A stretch of 63,302 nucleotides of DNA, filler included, from Octopus bimaculoides (Eukaryota): NCBI RefSeq assembly GCF_001194135.2. It is 4 parts of 4 records of this genome, joined end to end, with 100 filler letters (N's around TTAATTAATTAA, not from the genome) between each part and the next. Parts side by side here need not be neighbours in the genome. Positions count along the whole stretch, not along the records: positions 1 to 30,123 come from NC_068998.1; 3 more parts are not named here. One strand, 5' to 3'. The position numbers and the translations under genes are program-made. Below are positions 1 to 12,984 of the stretch, one piece after another; the first letter of the stretch is position 1, and every line of letters starts with the position of its first letter. A model generated the notes under the pieces. The model had not been told where the DNA came from and did no database searches. It saw only the letters and a program-made list of their open reading frames with translations.

Positions 1-3000
1 GGAAAATGAAAAAAACCCAGAATGCTGAACTGGAAGCATAATTTAATAAAGATTTTTTCTAACCGGTTTTCATTGCGAAGAAGCAAATTATCAAGAAGAA
101 GGAGAATGAAAATGCTTTTTTACAAAGAAGTACAAAATGATGAAAATAATATATAAAACAATAATATATAAAAAAAATAAATATACCCATACATTATATT
201 GTCTTTGAGCTTTTGTAGTTCAATAGTAGTTCATGTATAAATTGGTAGGAAAAATAAGGATGCATGAGGGTTGAGAGTTTTGTTAGGTTTAAAAAAAGGG
301 TTAAAAGTTTGTGTTAAACAGGAAATGTGGTGTCAAAACAGGAAGTGTGTGTTAGGGGAGACAAGTGTGTGTGTGTGTGTGTACGTGTATATTTACATAA
401 ATATCTACATACATATACATGTATATATCTTTATATTTGTCTATCAATTTGCTAATGATGAATGTTGTCATTGCTTGTGGTAAACTTGTATCCGCATTCC
501 CAATTCACCATGTGTGTACTAAAATGTAACGTAGTGTATTTCTTTCAAAATTCGATGTATTGATATTGACGTATCATCCTATATAAATGTACAAAACCAT
601 GACGCAAAAAGTCAATGAGCCATTAATGGAAATTATATCGTGTCTCATGGAGATTGTATGACAATAATTGTAACGCCATATATGTTACCACTTAATTAGA
701 TATATACTTGTAACTGAGAAGCAAATCATATCAGAGATATTATCAAGTTATGGCTATATGTGAAGAAACTAGAAATAGAACCAAACCTATGGCATAGCGA
801 CAGAACAGAATTATTCAGACAATGTAAAATAAGCCTTATGTTTTCTAAAGACACGAAATGACACTGACGTAAAAGTATAACAAAATCAGAAATACTTGAT
901 ATGAGTGCAGACATTACAGACACACACACACATTCACACACACACACATACAGATGCACAAACACGTATATTTGATTCTGCAATCAGCTGGGATTCGATT
1001 CGAAACACCTGGGAATATGTTATTCATTTCTTTTCTTACATTTTCTGTATCAGAGGCATCGAATTCTGTACTATGCATGTAGCTGGTACCGAATACGTAT
1101 CATTGGAAAGGTCTCAAAATGCCGAAATGCATATGTCACTCTAACTTGCTGCTGGTGGGATGAAGTTTTTGTCTAAGCACTCCAAGTTCATGAAAGGTGA
1201 TATTTCTGTGCAAATTGTGCACCACCTAACCTATCGACAGCGTATATATTATACGTATGTTACATATAGAGCTCTCTCTCTCTACGCACACACACACAAA
1301 CACACGCACATAGAGTTATATTTATAAAGGCTGCATGATATTTATAACACTTAGGGTTAAATAGTAATATTGTTGACGCTTTATTATATAATTTGAACAT
1401 CGAAAACAACTCAATGCGCGCGCTTTCTATTGTACCTTATTGTGGCCACTGTAATATTCGTATCCATTGAAGTATCTTCGTCCACTTGAAACACCTTATA
1501 AATGTTATATTATTTCGAAGTTATTTGAAATTTTATGTAATTGCTGTATGATGTATATATTTATTAAGAAGACCTGGCAATTACATTCCTAATCTGTAAA
1601 ATTCCTCAATACTGAGATTGAGTATAAAACGTTTCTGGAACGCAAAATTATTTGCTCTAATTAACTGCATAAGAAAACATTTCATAGAAGTAACACTGAA
1701 GGTTATTGAGGTAACTGATAACAAACATAACACTGTAGACATTGCTAAAACTTTAAAATAACGTTATCAAGTATCATATTTGATGATAATAATAAGCTCA
1801 CAATATAAATTCGGTTGCACCGACTAAATGAATATTTCAGAGTTTTATGACTATTTCTCTCATACTAACCAAAAGCGTCAAGTTGTCTTAAAGTGTGTCA
1901 TTTAGAGATAGTCGTTTTATAATATATATAGTATACAAAGTTGCTTCACTCTAATTCTTAGTTTATATTGAGTATTACTCTTTGTTCTGTATGGAAACGG
2001 AAGTACATAGTTTTTATTCTCCAATAATGCGAAATTAATTTCAGTCACTAACAAATATAATGATTTTTGAAAATTTATTTTACTACATGTTTACGAAACC
2101 TGACACACGTAATTGAACTTATAGACTATATAAAAATAAACAAGTAAATTGAATATTGGTAACTTGGAATCAGATAGAAATAAAGTAGTTACAATTTAGC
2201 CTTAGGAAAACCAATGATGCAGTCTGTAGAATATTTCTGAATCAATTGTACTTAAAGTAAACGGGATTCTAAATCCTTCAACTTGGCTTAGATGTATTTA
2301 TAGTAAAGTTAAGCCATCGGATATTTTAGATCAATAACTAACCTTCTTTATCTCGTATTATGAACATTCTGAAAATACATTCAGTTCATCTGGGAAAACT
2401 GTCAGGAAGGATCGTAAACTTTTACTTTCTTTAATATTACACAGGTGACATTCAAGACCACCTAGCGAGTTTGAATTTGTTTTTATCTCCTCTGGAGTTG
2501 CTACTTATTTGGAAACCAAGAAATATAATCTATTAAAATCTCTCAATAATCTCTAAGAATTTGAAGATATATGGAAGATTACTATCCACATCAAAATAGA
2601 GCTCTTCATAATTCTTAAGATAATCACATGCAACTATAAAGTGCCTTGCTGGTTGCACGCTGTGTAGTATAATGCGGGAAAATTGACTTAAGATACATTT
2701 ATTATGTTAGTACATGTTTAGATGTGAAATAGAATGTCATAGAATACCTCTGTATATGAAATAATATTCAAAAATAAACCTAAGTCGGAGATCTTGTTGT
2801 CACCTTGTAGTTCTTCACTATAATGTTCTCATATGTAAGACTTATTAAAAAAATTACAATAAACAATCTGTAGTTCTAATGGGTTCTTATCTCCCAAATG
2901 CCAGAATGTATTTATTATCAGAAATAGTATTTACATATATACTAAGTTACTGTCATTACAGAACATTTAGATAATTTCACAGAATATTCGCACACAAAAT

Positions 3001-4242
3001 AGCGCTCGTTGTATGAATATTGTTAATACCAGAAATATAGAATAGCTCTCTAGAATTAATTATGTGATGACGTTGATATATGTCATAGACTGATATAACT
3101 ACAAATTTTAAGATGCATGAGACATATCCCTTCATATTTCAATATTAATTTGATGACATTAACATATTGTAATCCTGATATACGCATCGAAGGAGATTTT
3201 ATAACGTCTCACATCTGCATTTAACATCTTGCCCACTTAAAACAGATAGGGTGTCATGTCTGGAAAGCATTTTGATCATAGACCTCATGAATCAGGAATA
3301 TGTCTCGGACTGAAAGATAAAAAAGAAAACGAATTATTGAATTTCTCCATAGTTGTTTTATATAATATTTTTATAAATTTGGTCATTTATGAAATTTCAA
3401 CAGATTTAGCCATTTTTCGTCTGTACAAAACACTAAGAAAATTTACAGCAGATTTTTAAAAAGAACAATCAACCATGAAAACCTGGAATCATCATGAGAG
3501 TATATATTCATTCAAAAATATAATAACATTTGATATCGATATAAGTTTCCTTACTGTATCCAGATACGTTTTTGATGTGTATGTTTAATCAAAAGCTATT
3601 TCACAAAGTAGAGAATTAAATATATGAAGCCTATAAACACTGATGTTCCATGTGATAGGTTCGATAATTGTTGGGAGATTTAACATGAAACGAAAGGTAG
3701 CTTTACCCCATAAAGAAAGACTATTTATCCACCAATGCAGCGTTGAGCTCTTATTCTCATTGTTCAAGTTCAACGTTATATACATTTTATTATAGATGTA
3801 TAGTTCTATATATGTCTATACATGTCTGTATATGTACACACATATATGCACACACATATAGCGCACTCGCGCGTGTGTGTATGCGTGTGTATGTGTGTGA
3901 CTGTGTGTGTGTGTGTGAGAGAGAGGGAGATAGAGGAGATAGAGAGAGAGAGAGATGTGGAATTCAGAGAGAGAAGCGTAGTTACTATGTACCGAAAGTT
4001 AAATATGTCGTAATGATCTTAAACATATTAATCATAAATATTTTGGAAGCTTTTATGAGGAATTTTCCTATCAATAAGTGAAGTATTATTACCGTTATAT
4101 ACATCAACAATGAGGTGGCTAGCAGGTTTCTACCTATAAAGGCACAATCTATAATATTTTAAGTAAAGTAGGGTATAATACCCTACTTTTCTTTTATACA
4201 CACATACACACAGACACACGCACGCACGCACATACACACACA

Positions 4243-4290
<48 letters not shown>

Positions 4291-4764
4291 TTTACATATA
4301 CACTTGTCCTGCCATTTTCAAACTTCTCGATCCACTGATAAGCGCGTCTACGTGATAGAGCCCTGCTTATCTATTTTCTGGAAATCCTGCGCTTAGTTTC
4401 ATCGTCTGGCTCACATTATACCAGAGAAATCGAACCACTGGTTTCTGATATTTGTTGGTGCAATTTAACCTCAATGCCCCCATGTTTATTCTGTAATTCA
4501 GCAGTGAAGAATGAAGTGATCAAAATCAAACATTGTTTACCTTACCACACGAGTACATGCGTTTAGCACACGAACGCTGTAAGTCAGTAAGGCCAGCTTA
4601 ACGTTATGGTGAACGTGCGCATAATTTTTGACTTACCCTGATATATAAATGTGTGTGTATATGTCTATAGATACCTCTATCTATCTATCTATCTATCTAT
4701 TTATCTATCTGTCTATCTATCTATCTATCTACCTCTACACACACACACATGTATATATATATAT

Positions 4765-4957
4765 GGGAGAATGTACGAAAAAAACAACAACAGACGAGGA
4801 CAGGTGGTGTAAAAAACAAAAGGATGTATTAGTATGACGCTCGGGAATACGGAAAGTCTTTAACGTTTCGAGCTACGCTCTTCAACAGGAAGAATACGGA
4901 GACAAGGAGAAAAACACGGAGAAAAAAAATTGAATAGTGTTCAGTCAACGGTCAATA
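4765..4957 (-). mobile_element. ~190-bp dispersed repeat, copy 1; probable Penelope-like terminal-repeat fragment with a minimal hammerhead-like motif (4857-4893)
   Basis: Closely similar to 11519-11712 and 18655-18840. Minus strand reads CUGUUGAA-GAGC-GUA-GCUC-GAAA-CGUU-AAAGA. Abuts (TA)n. Confidence 0.65.
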
Positions 4958-6276
4958 TATGCATGTGTTTGTGTGCTTGTGTATTCGCGGGCGAGTGTAA
5001 TATGTAGGTGTGTGTATTTATTTACACACGTCTTTCGAAACTATTTTATGACACAATTGTATTTTTTTGCTTGCCTCTGTGGAAAGAAATAAATGAACTT
5101 ACATCAAGGGTTTCAAACCATTTCTTATTATCATCGGAGATAATGTAGCATTTGTTTTGCTCGAAGGTAGAATCTGTTTGACAACTAACGGCATTCAATT
5201 TAATAACTTTGCTCAATCTATTAATGTGTCTGTCTAGAGATAATGCTTCGTTGCTGATATATTTAAATTAATTAATTATGATCTAAACCTCGTGTATTCT
5301 TTGGTATATCTGTACAGTTCTTCGGGGTATATATATCTCAACGGAGCCATCGAAGTGTGTGACTATTATAAACAAATTAATTTTTGTTTCCTGCGTATTT
5401 ATAGATATATCTTTATATATTTATAGATATACTTTTTTCCTCTCCACGGATAGATCGAAATCAAGAAATAAAGCCATTTGTCGCAAGGAGGTGATGTATG
5501 TGCGTTTAAACCGAAAAATAACAAAAAAGTGTAACGTACGCTACGTTACATATATTCAATTGAATGTACATATTTAATACATAATTAATTAGTTTAACTC
5601 TCGCGCCAAGAAGACATTATTTATAGAATTCGCATTTTTTTTCTTGAGAAAGCTAATTATATTAATGAATATGAATACGTACTAACTATATATGTCTCCT
5701 TGGAGAGAATGAAATGAGATTTAAAGCCTCAAAGGTAAATTCATTTTATTTCTCAAGCAGAGGGAAGAAGATTATATCAATTTACAATCGATTCAATACA
5801 TCTGTTTGTGTTTGTTGTGCTATAGTATTAAGTAGACGTTATTTAGCGCATCATTAATTAATTTGAGTATATAGCTTATTTTCATTTTTTAGCAACAACA
5901 CCACAATGAATTCATGCAATTCTATATCATCCATCAATATCCTACCATGACTCAGTATTTCGAAGAAGCACTATTTATTCAAATGAAGCATTGCTTGAAC
6001 AGAACTCTACATTCCTGAATATATGTACAGCTAATAACGATATTTTTCGGCGTGTCGGCATAACATTCTGTTTTTATCGTGATTGCAATCAATCGGGATT
6101 TGAAATGAAATCTATCTCATAGATTGTTTTTTTTTCTGTCATTCGGGAAAAAAGAATAATACTGCTTTTTTCATTTGTCGCACTACACTGTCCAAACACT
6201 ACTCTTTCCAAACAAAATCGCCTTTTATTTTACGAAAGTCACTACAGGAAATGAATGATATGTATGTACGTATGGA

Positions 6277-6311
<35 letters not shown>

Positions 6312-6344
6312 GTATATATATATATATATATATATTCTTTTGTT

Positions 6345-6799
6345 CTTTTCTTTTACTTGTTTCAGTAATTTGACTGCGGCCATGCTGGAGTACCGTCTTT
6401 AGTCAAACAAATCGATCCCATGGCTTATTCTTTGTAAGCCTAGTAATTATTCCATCCGAACCACTAAATTACGGGGCCGTAAACGCACCGACATCAGTCA
6501 TCAAGCGATGGTGGGGGGACAAACACAGATACACAAACATACATACACGCACACACATGCACACACACACACACACACGCATGCACACACACACACACAC
6601 ACACACATATCTATTTAACTATATATATACGACGGGCTTCTTTCGGTTTCCGTCGAACAAATCCACTCACAAGGCTTTGGCCGGCCCAAAGTTAGAGTAG
6701 ATAGTAGAAGACATTTGCCTTGGGTACCATGCAGTGGGACTGAACCCCGTAAAATGTGTCTGGTAAGCAAGGTGCTTACCACACAGCCACGCCTGCACC
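6345..6799 (-). mobile_element. tRNA-derived SINE family B (CORE-like segment, internal microsatellite), full length
   Basis: On minus: head GGTGCAGGCGTGGCTGTGTGGTAAG...GGGTTCAGTCCC, CCAAGGCAAATGTCTTC segment, internal (TA)/(TG) tract, tail CCAGCATGGCCGCAGTCAAAT-ACTGAAACAAGTAAAAG. Matches 32381-33210, 38715-39125 and 57985-58460. Confidence 0.85.
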
Positions 6800-9700
6800 A
6801 ATCTACTCCCTTCATCTCACAATCAATGGAATAATTTACCTCTGAGTCTTCACCCTCAACATGATTACTTCAAGCATTCAACTGGACACAGCCTAACTAG
6901 ACAACATAACTTCTCCATCCACCCACATTACAATATGAAAAATAAATTTAACTCAAACCGCATCAACCATAGACCATATAACAACCCTCAGTACAACAAT
7001 AATCTTTATCGCTAGACAGTCACTCCAACACAAACATACTACCACAGACACACTTTACACCCATTTCTCCAGAGCAAACGAAACACAATACAGACTTACA
7101 ACAACAATCCACCTACAACAACCAAATTTATAGGCCTAAATCAGAAAAACAGAGATGTGAAATGGAACAAAATGTACAAGAACAACCAAAAATAATCAAC
7201 TTATCAAAGAAAATCCCAAGTATTACACAAACTAAAATTCTAGCAACAGGTTTAAAGTTTACACCAACCCCTCGCAGATCGAACCCGAATGAAATTAAGG
7301 ATAAAACTATGGATTTCTGCCGAAACTTACGCCTCACAGAAGATCTTCACAACTACACCAGCGAAGATGACTCAATAGCAACAAAAAAAAAGCGAATACT
7401 GTCCTACAAAAGGCAGAAATAGTGCACTTGATACATTTTGTGAACGCATTATCAAATGTCCTTTTAATACACTACAAAAACAACGAATTAAATCCAACCT
7501 TAGAGGAAATGAATGGAAATACCTAATCGAGTTAGAAAATGTTATAAACCTTACCATTAAAGAAGCCGACAAAGGAAGTGCGGTAGTGGTGATGGACACA
7601 GATTACGACAAAATTTTAATGCTTTCCATGTTGGAAAATAATATTTACTATGAGAAGATAGTAACATACAACCTACAGAAGACACTTAAAAACTTATCTC
7701 CCTTACTTCAAATAGATGGATTACCTAAAATATACAAAAATCTTCATATTTGTAAAGCCTGCAAAGTTTCTCCAAGCCTATGCTTTAATACCACCCCCTA
7801 CTGACCTCAAACTGAGACCTATCATTGCTGGCCCTGCCTGTGAAACCCACCGATTGACCAACTCCCTCGACATCTTACTCAAACCATTTCTAAAATATGT
7901 GAAAAGCTTCATCAGGGATGACTTAGACATGCTTAACCACTTCCCGAAACAATAAATAAAGGAACCCAGTTAGAACGATTCGATGTGGTGAATCTGTACA
8001 CCAAAATCCCACACGATTATGGTATAGAAGCAATTACCTTCTGGGTAGAAAAATACCCCCGAAGAGATCCCAGGACGCTTCAACCACAGATTCATATTCG
8101 CATCACTCAAATTCATCCGACTGAACAGCTATTTCATGTTCGATACTGTTTATTATCGACAAACATGTGAAATTGCAATGGGAACCAGAGCTGGCCCAGT
8201 GATTGCAAACTTTGTAATGGGTTGCCTAGAACTTAAAATATACCAATCATCACTACAAAAATATGGCACCTCATTTCATTGCTATTTAAAGGAGAACTGG
8301 AAGAGGTATTTGGAGGATTGCTTTATAATTTGGAAAGACAGCATGAACAAACTCCTCGATTTCAAAATAATGCTTAACAATATTAATAGCAACATGCAAT
8401 TTACCATGGAGCACAGCATTAAACAACCCCTTTTCTTGACATCCTAATTAAAATAGTCAATAACCGCATCGGAACATACATCTATAAACCCACCGATTTA
8501 AAACAATACCTATTATTGAACTCATGCCACCCAAAATACATAAACATTAATATAACTTATAGTCTAGCGAAAATAATCTGTACCATAGCTTCGGACATTA
8601 ATACTCCTGAACAAAGACTCCTTGAACTTAGATCAATATTAATCAAAAATCATTACCCAGTATTATTAATAAATGATGGCATTAAACGAGCTAAGGAAAT
8701 AGATATACGAACATTAAGGGAAGTCAACCGGAATACTATTCCGGTTGACACAAGACTTAAAAATAATCCCATCCATCTCCACACATAACCCTAGAAACAA
8801 TGAAACTGTCAACATTATCATCAACAATCTACCCATCATCCCGGGAGATAAAACAATGAACAAAATTTTAGGCCCACGCAAAATTATCAAAAGCAAAGTG
8901 TAACCGAAATCATTGAAAACGAATATTAACCAGCACAACACTATATCTATTAAAACAGAACCGAAAGTGAAAACATGTGGTCGACCTAATTGTGGTACAT
9001 GTCCCCACCTTTTGGAGGGTTCAGGATGTTCTACTTTAAACAAGGTGAAATATTCAAGATTAAATCAAATTTCACTTGTGCCTCGGAAAAACTAAGCTAT
9101 GCCATTACATTGTTAGGGTGTGGTAATCATTATATTGGCCAAACACGAATATCACTGCATCGAAGAACGACGCTCCACAAAGAACAAAACCGTCATCTAC
9201 AATACAGGCAGATACAGGTCAGTGAACACATAGAAAGGTGTGCTAGGAAACTTAATCCTAATTTCCTAATTTTCCCGTTCTAGCAATGTTCACAGAACAC
9301 CTCAGTACATCAAAGAATGAATAAAGAGGCATCTTTCATCAATAAATGTAACCCACAACTCAATATGAACACATACCTTAATACAGAACACTACTAACCT
9401 TTCAATCAATACCACTAACCCCCAGGCATCCCATACAACATTCACATTACAGATTTATATCTACCCTAATTGCACCAAATCCATTACTACTTACCTGCCT
9501 TACACGTACTCTTTTTACTCAGGGTCTAGTAGTCCTGAAACCGTTCGGTAAAAGGTGCGCATTCAAAGCAGTGATCAGTATTTTTACCAAACCGGTATGC
9601 CTTTGAATCTCTTTAACAATTTACAATAATGACTTGTATTACTTTTATTCCTACCAAAGTTCATCTAATTGTATATATCTATCGTTAGTTTTCATAAAAA
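6800..9700 (+). mobile_element. Decayed Penelope-like element (RT + Cys-rich linker + GIY-YIG endonuclease), frameshifted and with stop codons
   Basis: Fragments in shifting frames: KEADKGSAVVVMD, LRPIIAGPACETHRL, FDVVNLYTKIPHD, AMGTRAGPVIANFVMG, WKRYLEDCFIIW (YxDD-like), FTME, NSCHPK, KTCGRPNCGTCPHL, LSYAITLLGCGNHYIGQTR, VSEHIERC, KEASFINKCNPQLN. Confidence 0.92.
9511..9555 (+). ncRNA. Degenerate type I hammerhead remnant in the 3' UTR of the Penelope-like element
   Basis: CUUU...AGGG-(loop)-UCCU-GAAA-CCG-UU-CGG-UA-AAAG: stem II, GAAA, stem III, GUA site and stem I are present; the CUGANGA core is absent. Confidence 0.4.
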
Positions 9701-11074
9701 TCCTTTAATGTATTTTGGATTTCCAGTGTGCATTTTCGATTATTCTTCGTCTTACCCCGTACATTTCCAAGTGTAGTTTCTGTTTTCTTTTTGTAACAAC
9801 TTTCTATCACACACGCACGCGCGCACGCGCGCACGCGCGCACGCACACGCACACACACACACACACACTCACACACACACACCTGCACACATGCACACGT
9901 ACAAACAAACATATGAATACACATACATAAATACACATTCATGAATTCGTGTGTGTGTGTGTGTGTGTAAGAAGGGATTTTGTAATTCTTGCTCACACAT
10001 ATTTGTTCCGATAACAACTTTTTATCTGACATATTTACCAAAGTCAGGACATAAAAATATATTTGGTCTTATAATAGTACTTTCAAGTAAACATGTTTTT
10101 TATTATACTTGCGAATATAAGTTCTGCATAGAAAAGAGACACCTGTAACTGAACCAGGCACATTGAACTGCATTCTAAATCAGGCAATGTTCAAGTGTAT
10201 GGATACTCAATAAAAATAGGCTTTAATGCATTCATTGTAGAGCTGTTTACGCGAGCTGAAGCGATTTCTTTGGCAACCACTCGACGTTCAATTCATCCAA
10301 TGTTTAGTGCATCCACCATCTTGAAATATAATTAACAGCCGTGTATATGACAGCTCCCCTATACTCAATATTTCAAACAAGTGTTTGAAAATTATTTTAA
10401 GGCATTTTCATGCTTTTGAAAACTTCAAAGCATTCTCTATCATTGTACAGAAAAGAAAAAAAAAATATCACTATTTTAAATTTCAAACTCTTATCAGAAT
10501 TTTGGGAAAATGTGTTTAGTGTTTTAAAGGATATTTTAACAATTTCCTATTTAAAATATAATTGCATGTAAATAGGCTGCATGCTACTCTTAGAACTTTG
10601 GCAGTAAAGCCGAATCAGATATCTGTCCTCCATAGGAATAATTTTGATTAAAATAGATTACATATTTTGAAGAAAGAAAAAACCTCTTCCTTAATTATTG
10701 CTTAAAACCACATTTCGCATATTGCAATTTAAATTTTAATTGTTGTTTATAATTTAGATTAAGATATTTTCTTTTAGGTGGATTTTTACACTAATTTTTC
10801 TAAATTAGGTGAAGTTTGATCTTGCTTTACCGGAGAATAATGACATAAAAATAATTGGCAATATTCAATATTTATTGTCAGTATTCTTTGCTTTATTTCT
10901 ATGATTTTCTTCATAATGTTATCAATAAATTAATCAGTAAAATAAAGGACAAAACATGAGAGTAAAAACACATCATTTTAGCAAATACTGTTTTCGTGCT
11001 AATATTAGACAAGGACAATTAAAATAAATAAAAACAAAACTCGATTCTGTTGTTACTGCCCCCCCCTCTTCCCA

Positions 11075-11275
11075 TTAACTATATTTCTTTCTAATTTTGG
11101 TACAAGGCAAGTAATTTTGAGGGAATGCAGGCGAGCTTGTAAATTTCACACCAGTACGTGACTAGTATTTTATTTTCATCGCCGAAACGAAATATTGAAT
11201 ATGGCAGAATATGAACTGAAACTGTAAAGAACCTGAAGAGATAGTTTTAAATATGTTTTTGGCGCTTTAACGGTT
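11075..11275 (-). mobile_element. Old, diverged copy of SINE family A
   Basis: Partial similarity to 24600-24823 and 46535-46755 (ggtacaagg..aattttgaggg, caccagtacgtgactagtattttatt, gcagaatatgaact). Confidence 0.5.
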
Positions 11276-11477
11276 ACGTCATGTCATAGATGTACTACTA
11301 ATAATAATATTATGTTTAGCAAATAATATTCTAGCATACAAAACGTGTTATCAACATTTTTGCAATGCGTGTGAGATTGTGTAGCTTCATATAACTAAAA
11401 GAAATGCGGAATGTAGAAAGTTATACAATATATAAACGCAAAGCCTCTTATCAAATAAATATATAGGAAACATCGTG

Positions 11478-11518
<41 letters not shown>

Positions 11519-11520
<2 letters not shown>

Positions 11521-11712
11521 GAGAATTTACGAAAAAAACAACGTCAGACGAGGATAGGTGGTGTAAACAACAAAAGGATGTATTAGTTTAACGCTCGGGA
11601 ATGCAGAAAGTCTTTAACGTTTTGAGCTACGCTCTTCAACAGAAAGAATACGGAGAAAACAAGGAGAAAAACACGGAGAAAAAGAATTGAATGTTTTGGT
11701 CAGCGATCAATC
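11519..11712 (-). mobile_element. ~190-bp hammerhead-like repeat, copy 2
   Basis: Aligns to 4765-4957. Motif at 11611-11647 has GAAA changed to AAAA. Abuts (TA)n. Confidence 0.65.
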
Positions 11713-11946
11713 ATAACTATTTGGGAGGCACAAACTGAGAAACATCGTACCTGTAGTAAAATGTATGTATATCCGCAGTCAAACAAATATTTTTTGAATG
11801 TGAAACACAATTGTCTCCGTTGGAGATTATACTACTTGAAAACACTTCAATAAATTCAGTAAAGGTATTGCTTGAATGCCATCGGTACAAATTAATGAAT
11901 TTACAGACACAAACAAGCAGTCACCCGCACGCACACACACACACAA

Positions 11947-12017
<71 letters not shown>

Positions 12018-12199
12018 CATACATATACACACACACATATCACTAATGAAAGCAAAGGACGTAATACTTTTATAAACCTTCAATTGCTATTCATAATGTT
12101 AATGTAATAAATGTCAAATTAATACACGCTGAGCATAATGACTCTAAATCAAATAATAATAATACTAATAAAAAAAAAAAAATAATAATAATAAATAAT

Positions 12200-12905
12200 C
12201 CTTAACTGTACACTTAAAGAACTAACCAAAATAGACAGGAAAACAAGAAAAATAATGACAGGATCCCGGATGCAACACCCAAAATCTAACATAGAAAGGC
12301 TATATATACAACGTACAGAACGTGGGAGAGACTTTATAAAGCTGGAAAACTATTATAAAATAACCACCATAGGACTGCAAAAATACCTACTTCAGAAGCA
12401 AGGAAAACTAATACAAATAGCCACAAAACACGAGCAAAACAAAAAGCTGTTTTCAGTATTTAAGGAAGCTGACAAATACAAACAAGAAATCATACTACCT
12501 AATGAATATGAAGAGGAAGAAAAAAAAATGCTTTCTAATTGATGTATCATTACCAGCAGATGACAAAGTTTCTCTAAAAGAAATGGACAAAATTTCAAAA
12601 TACAAAGACCTGGAAATAGAGGTAACTCGAATGTGGAATCTAAAGTCAGAAACAATTCCTATCATAGTAGGTGCATTAGGTATAATAAAAAAATATTCAG
12701 ACAAATACATAACAAAAACACCAGGACTTACAAATATATATATAACATACAGAAAATTGCACTACTTGGCCCTACACACATCCTACACAAAAGAGTTTCA
12801 ATACAGTAACCATAAGAGCATCACAGGAGAACACAGCACATAACCAAGGCACACAGAGCTGCGCTGGGTAGTGAAATGAAAGCACGCTATAAAAATAAAA
12901 CTACT
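12200..12905 (+). mobile_element. 5'-truncated, internally deleted R4/Dong-type non-LTR retrotransposon
   Basis: LTKIDRKTRKIMTGSRMQHPKSNIERLYIQRTERGR, joined at ~12525 to the REL-endonuclease region CFLIDVSLPADDKVSLKEMDKISKYKDLEIEVTRMW..IPIIVGALG. Flanked by TAA repeats on both sides. Confidence 0.85.
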
Positions 12906-12984
12906 GAATAGTAATATTAATAATAATAATAATAATAATGATCTGTTATCAGTAATAATGAGCCAAAATGTATAGATGACACTA

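Noticed and set aside
1600-3700. Microsatellite-free tract with protein-looking broken frames (e.g. minus IVACDYLKNYEELYFDVDSNLPYIFKFLEIIERF)
   Set aside because: Frequent stops and no recognisable motif; tblastx would be needed to call a pseudogene.
8975-9250. Possible selenocysteine (UGA-for-Cys) Naiad-type element and SECIS in the 3' UTR
   Set aside because: The conserved Cys positions I could read are TGT, not TGA, and the 9565-9612 hairpin does not fit the SECIS helix II pattern.
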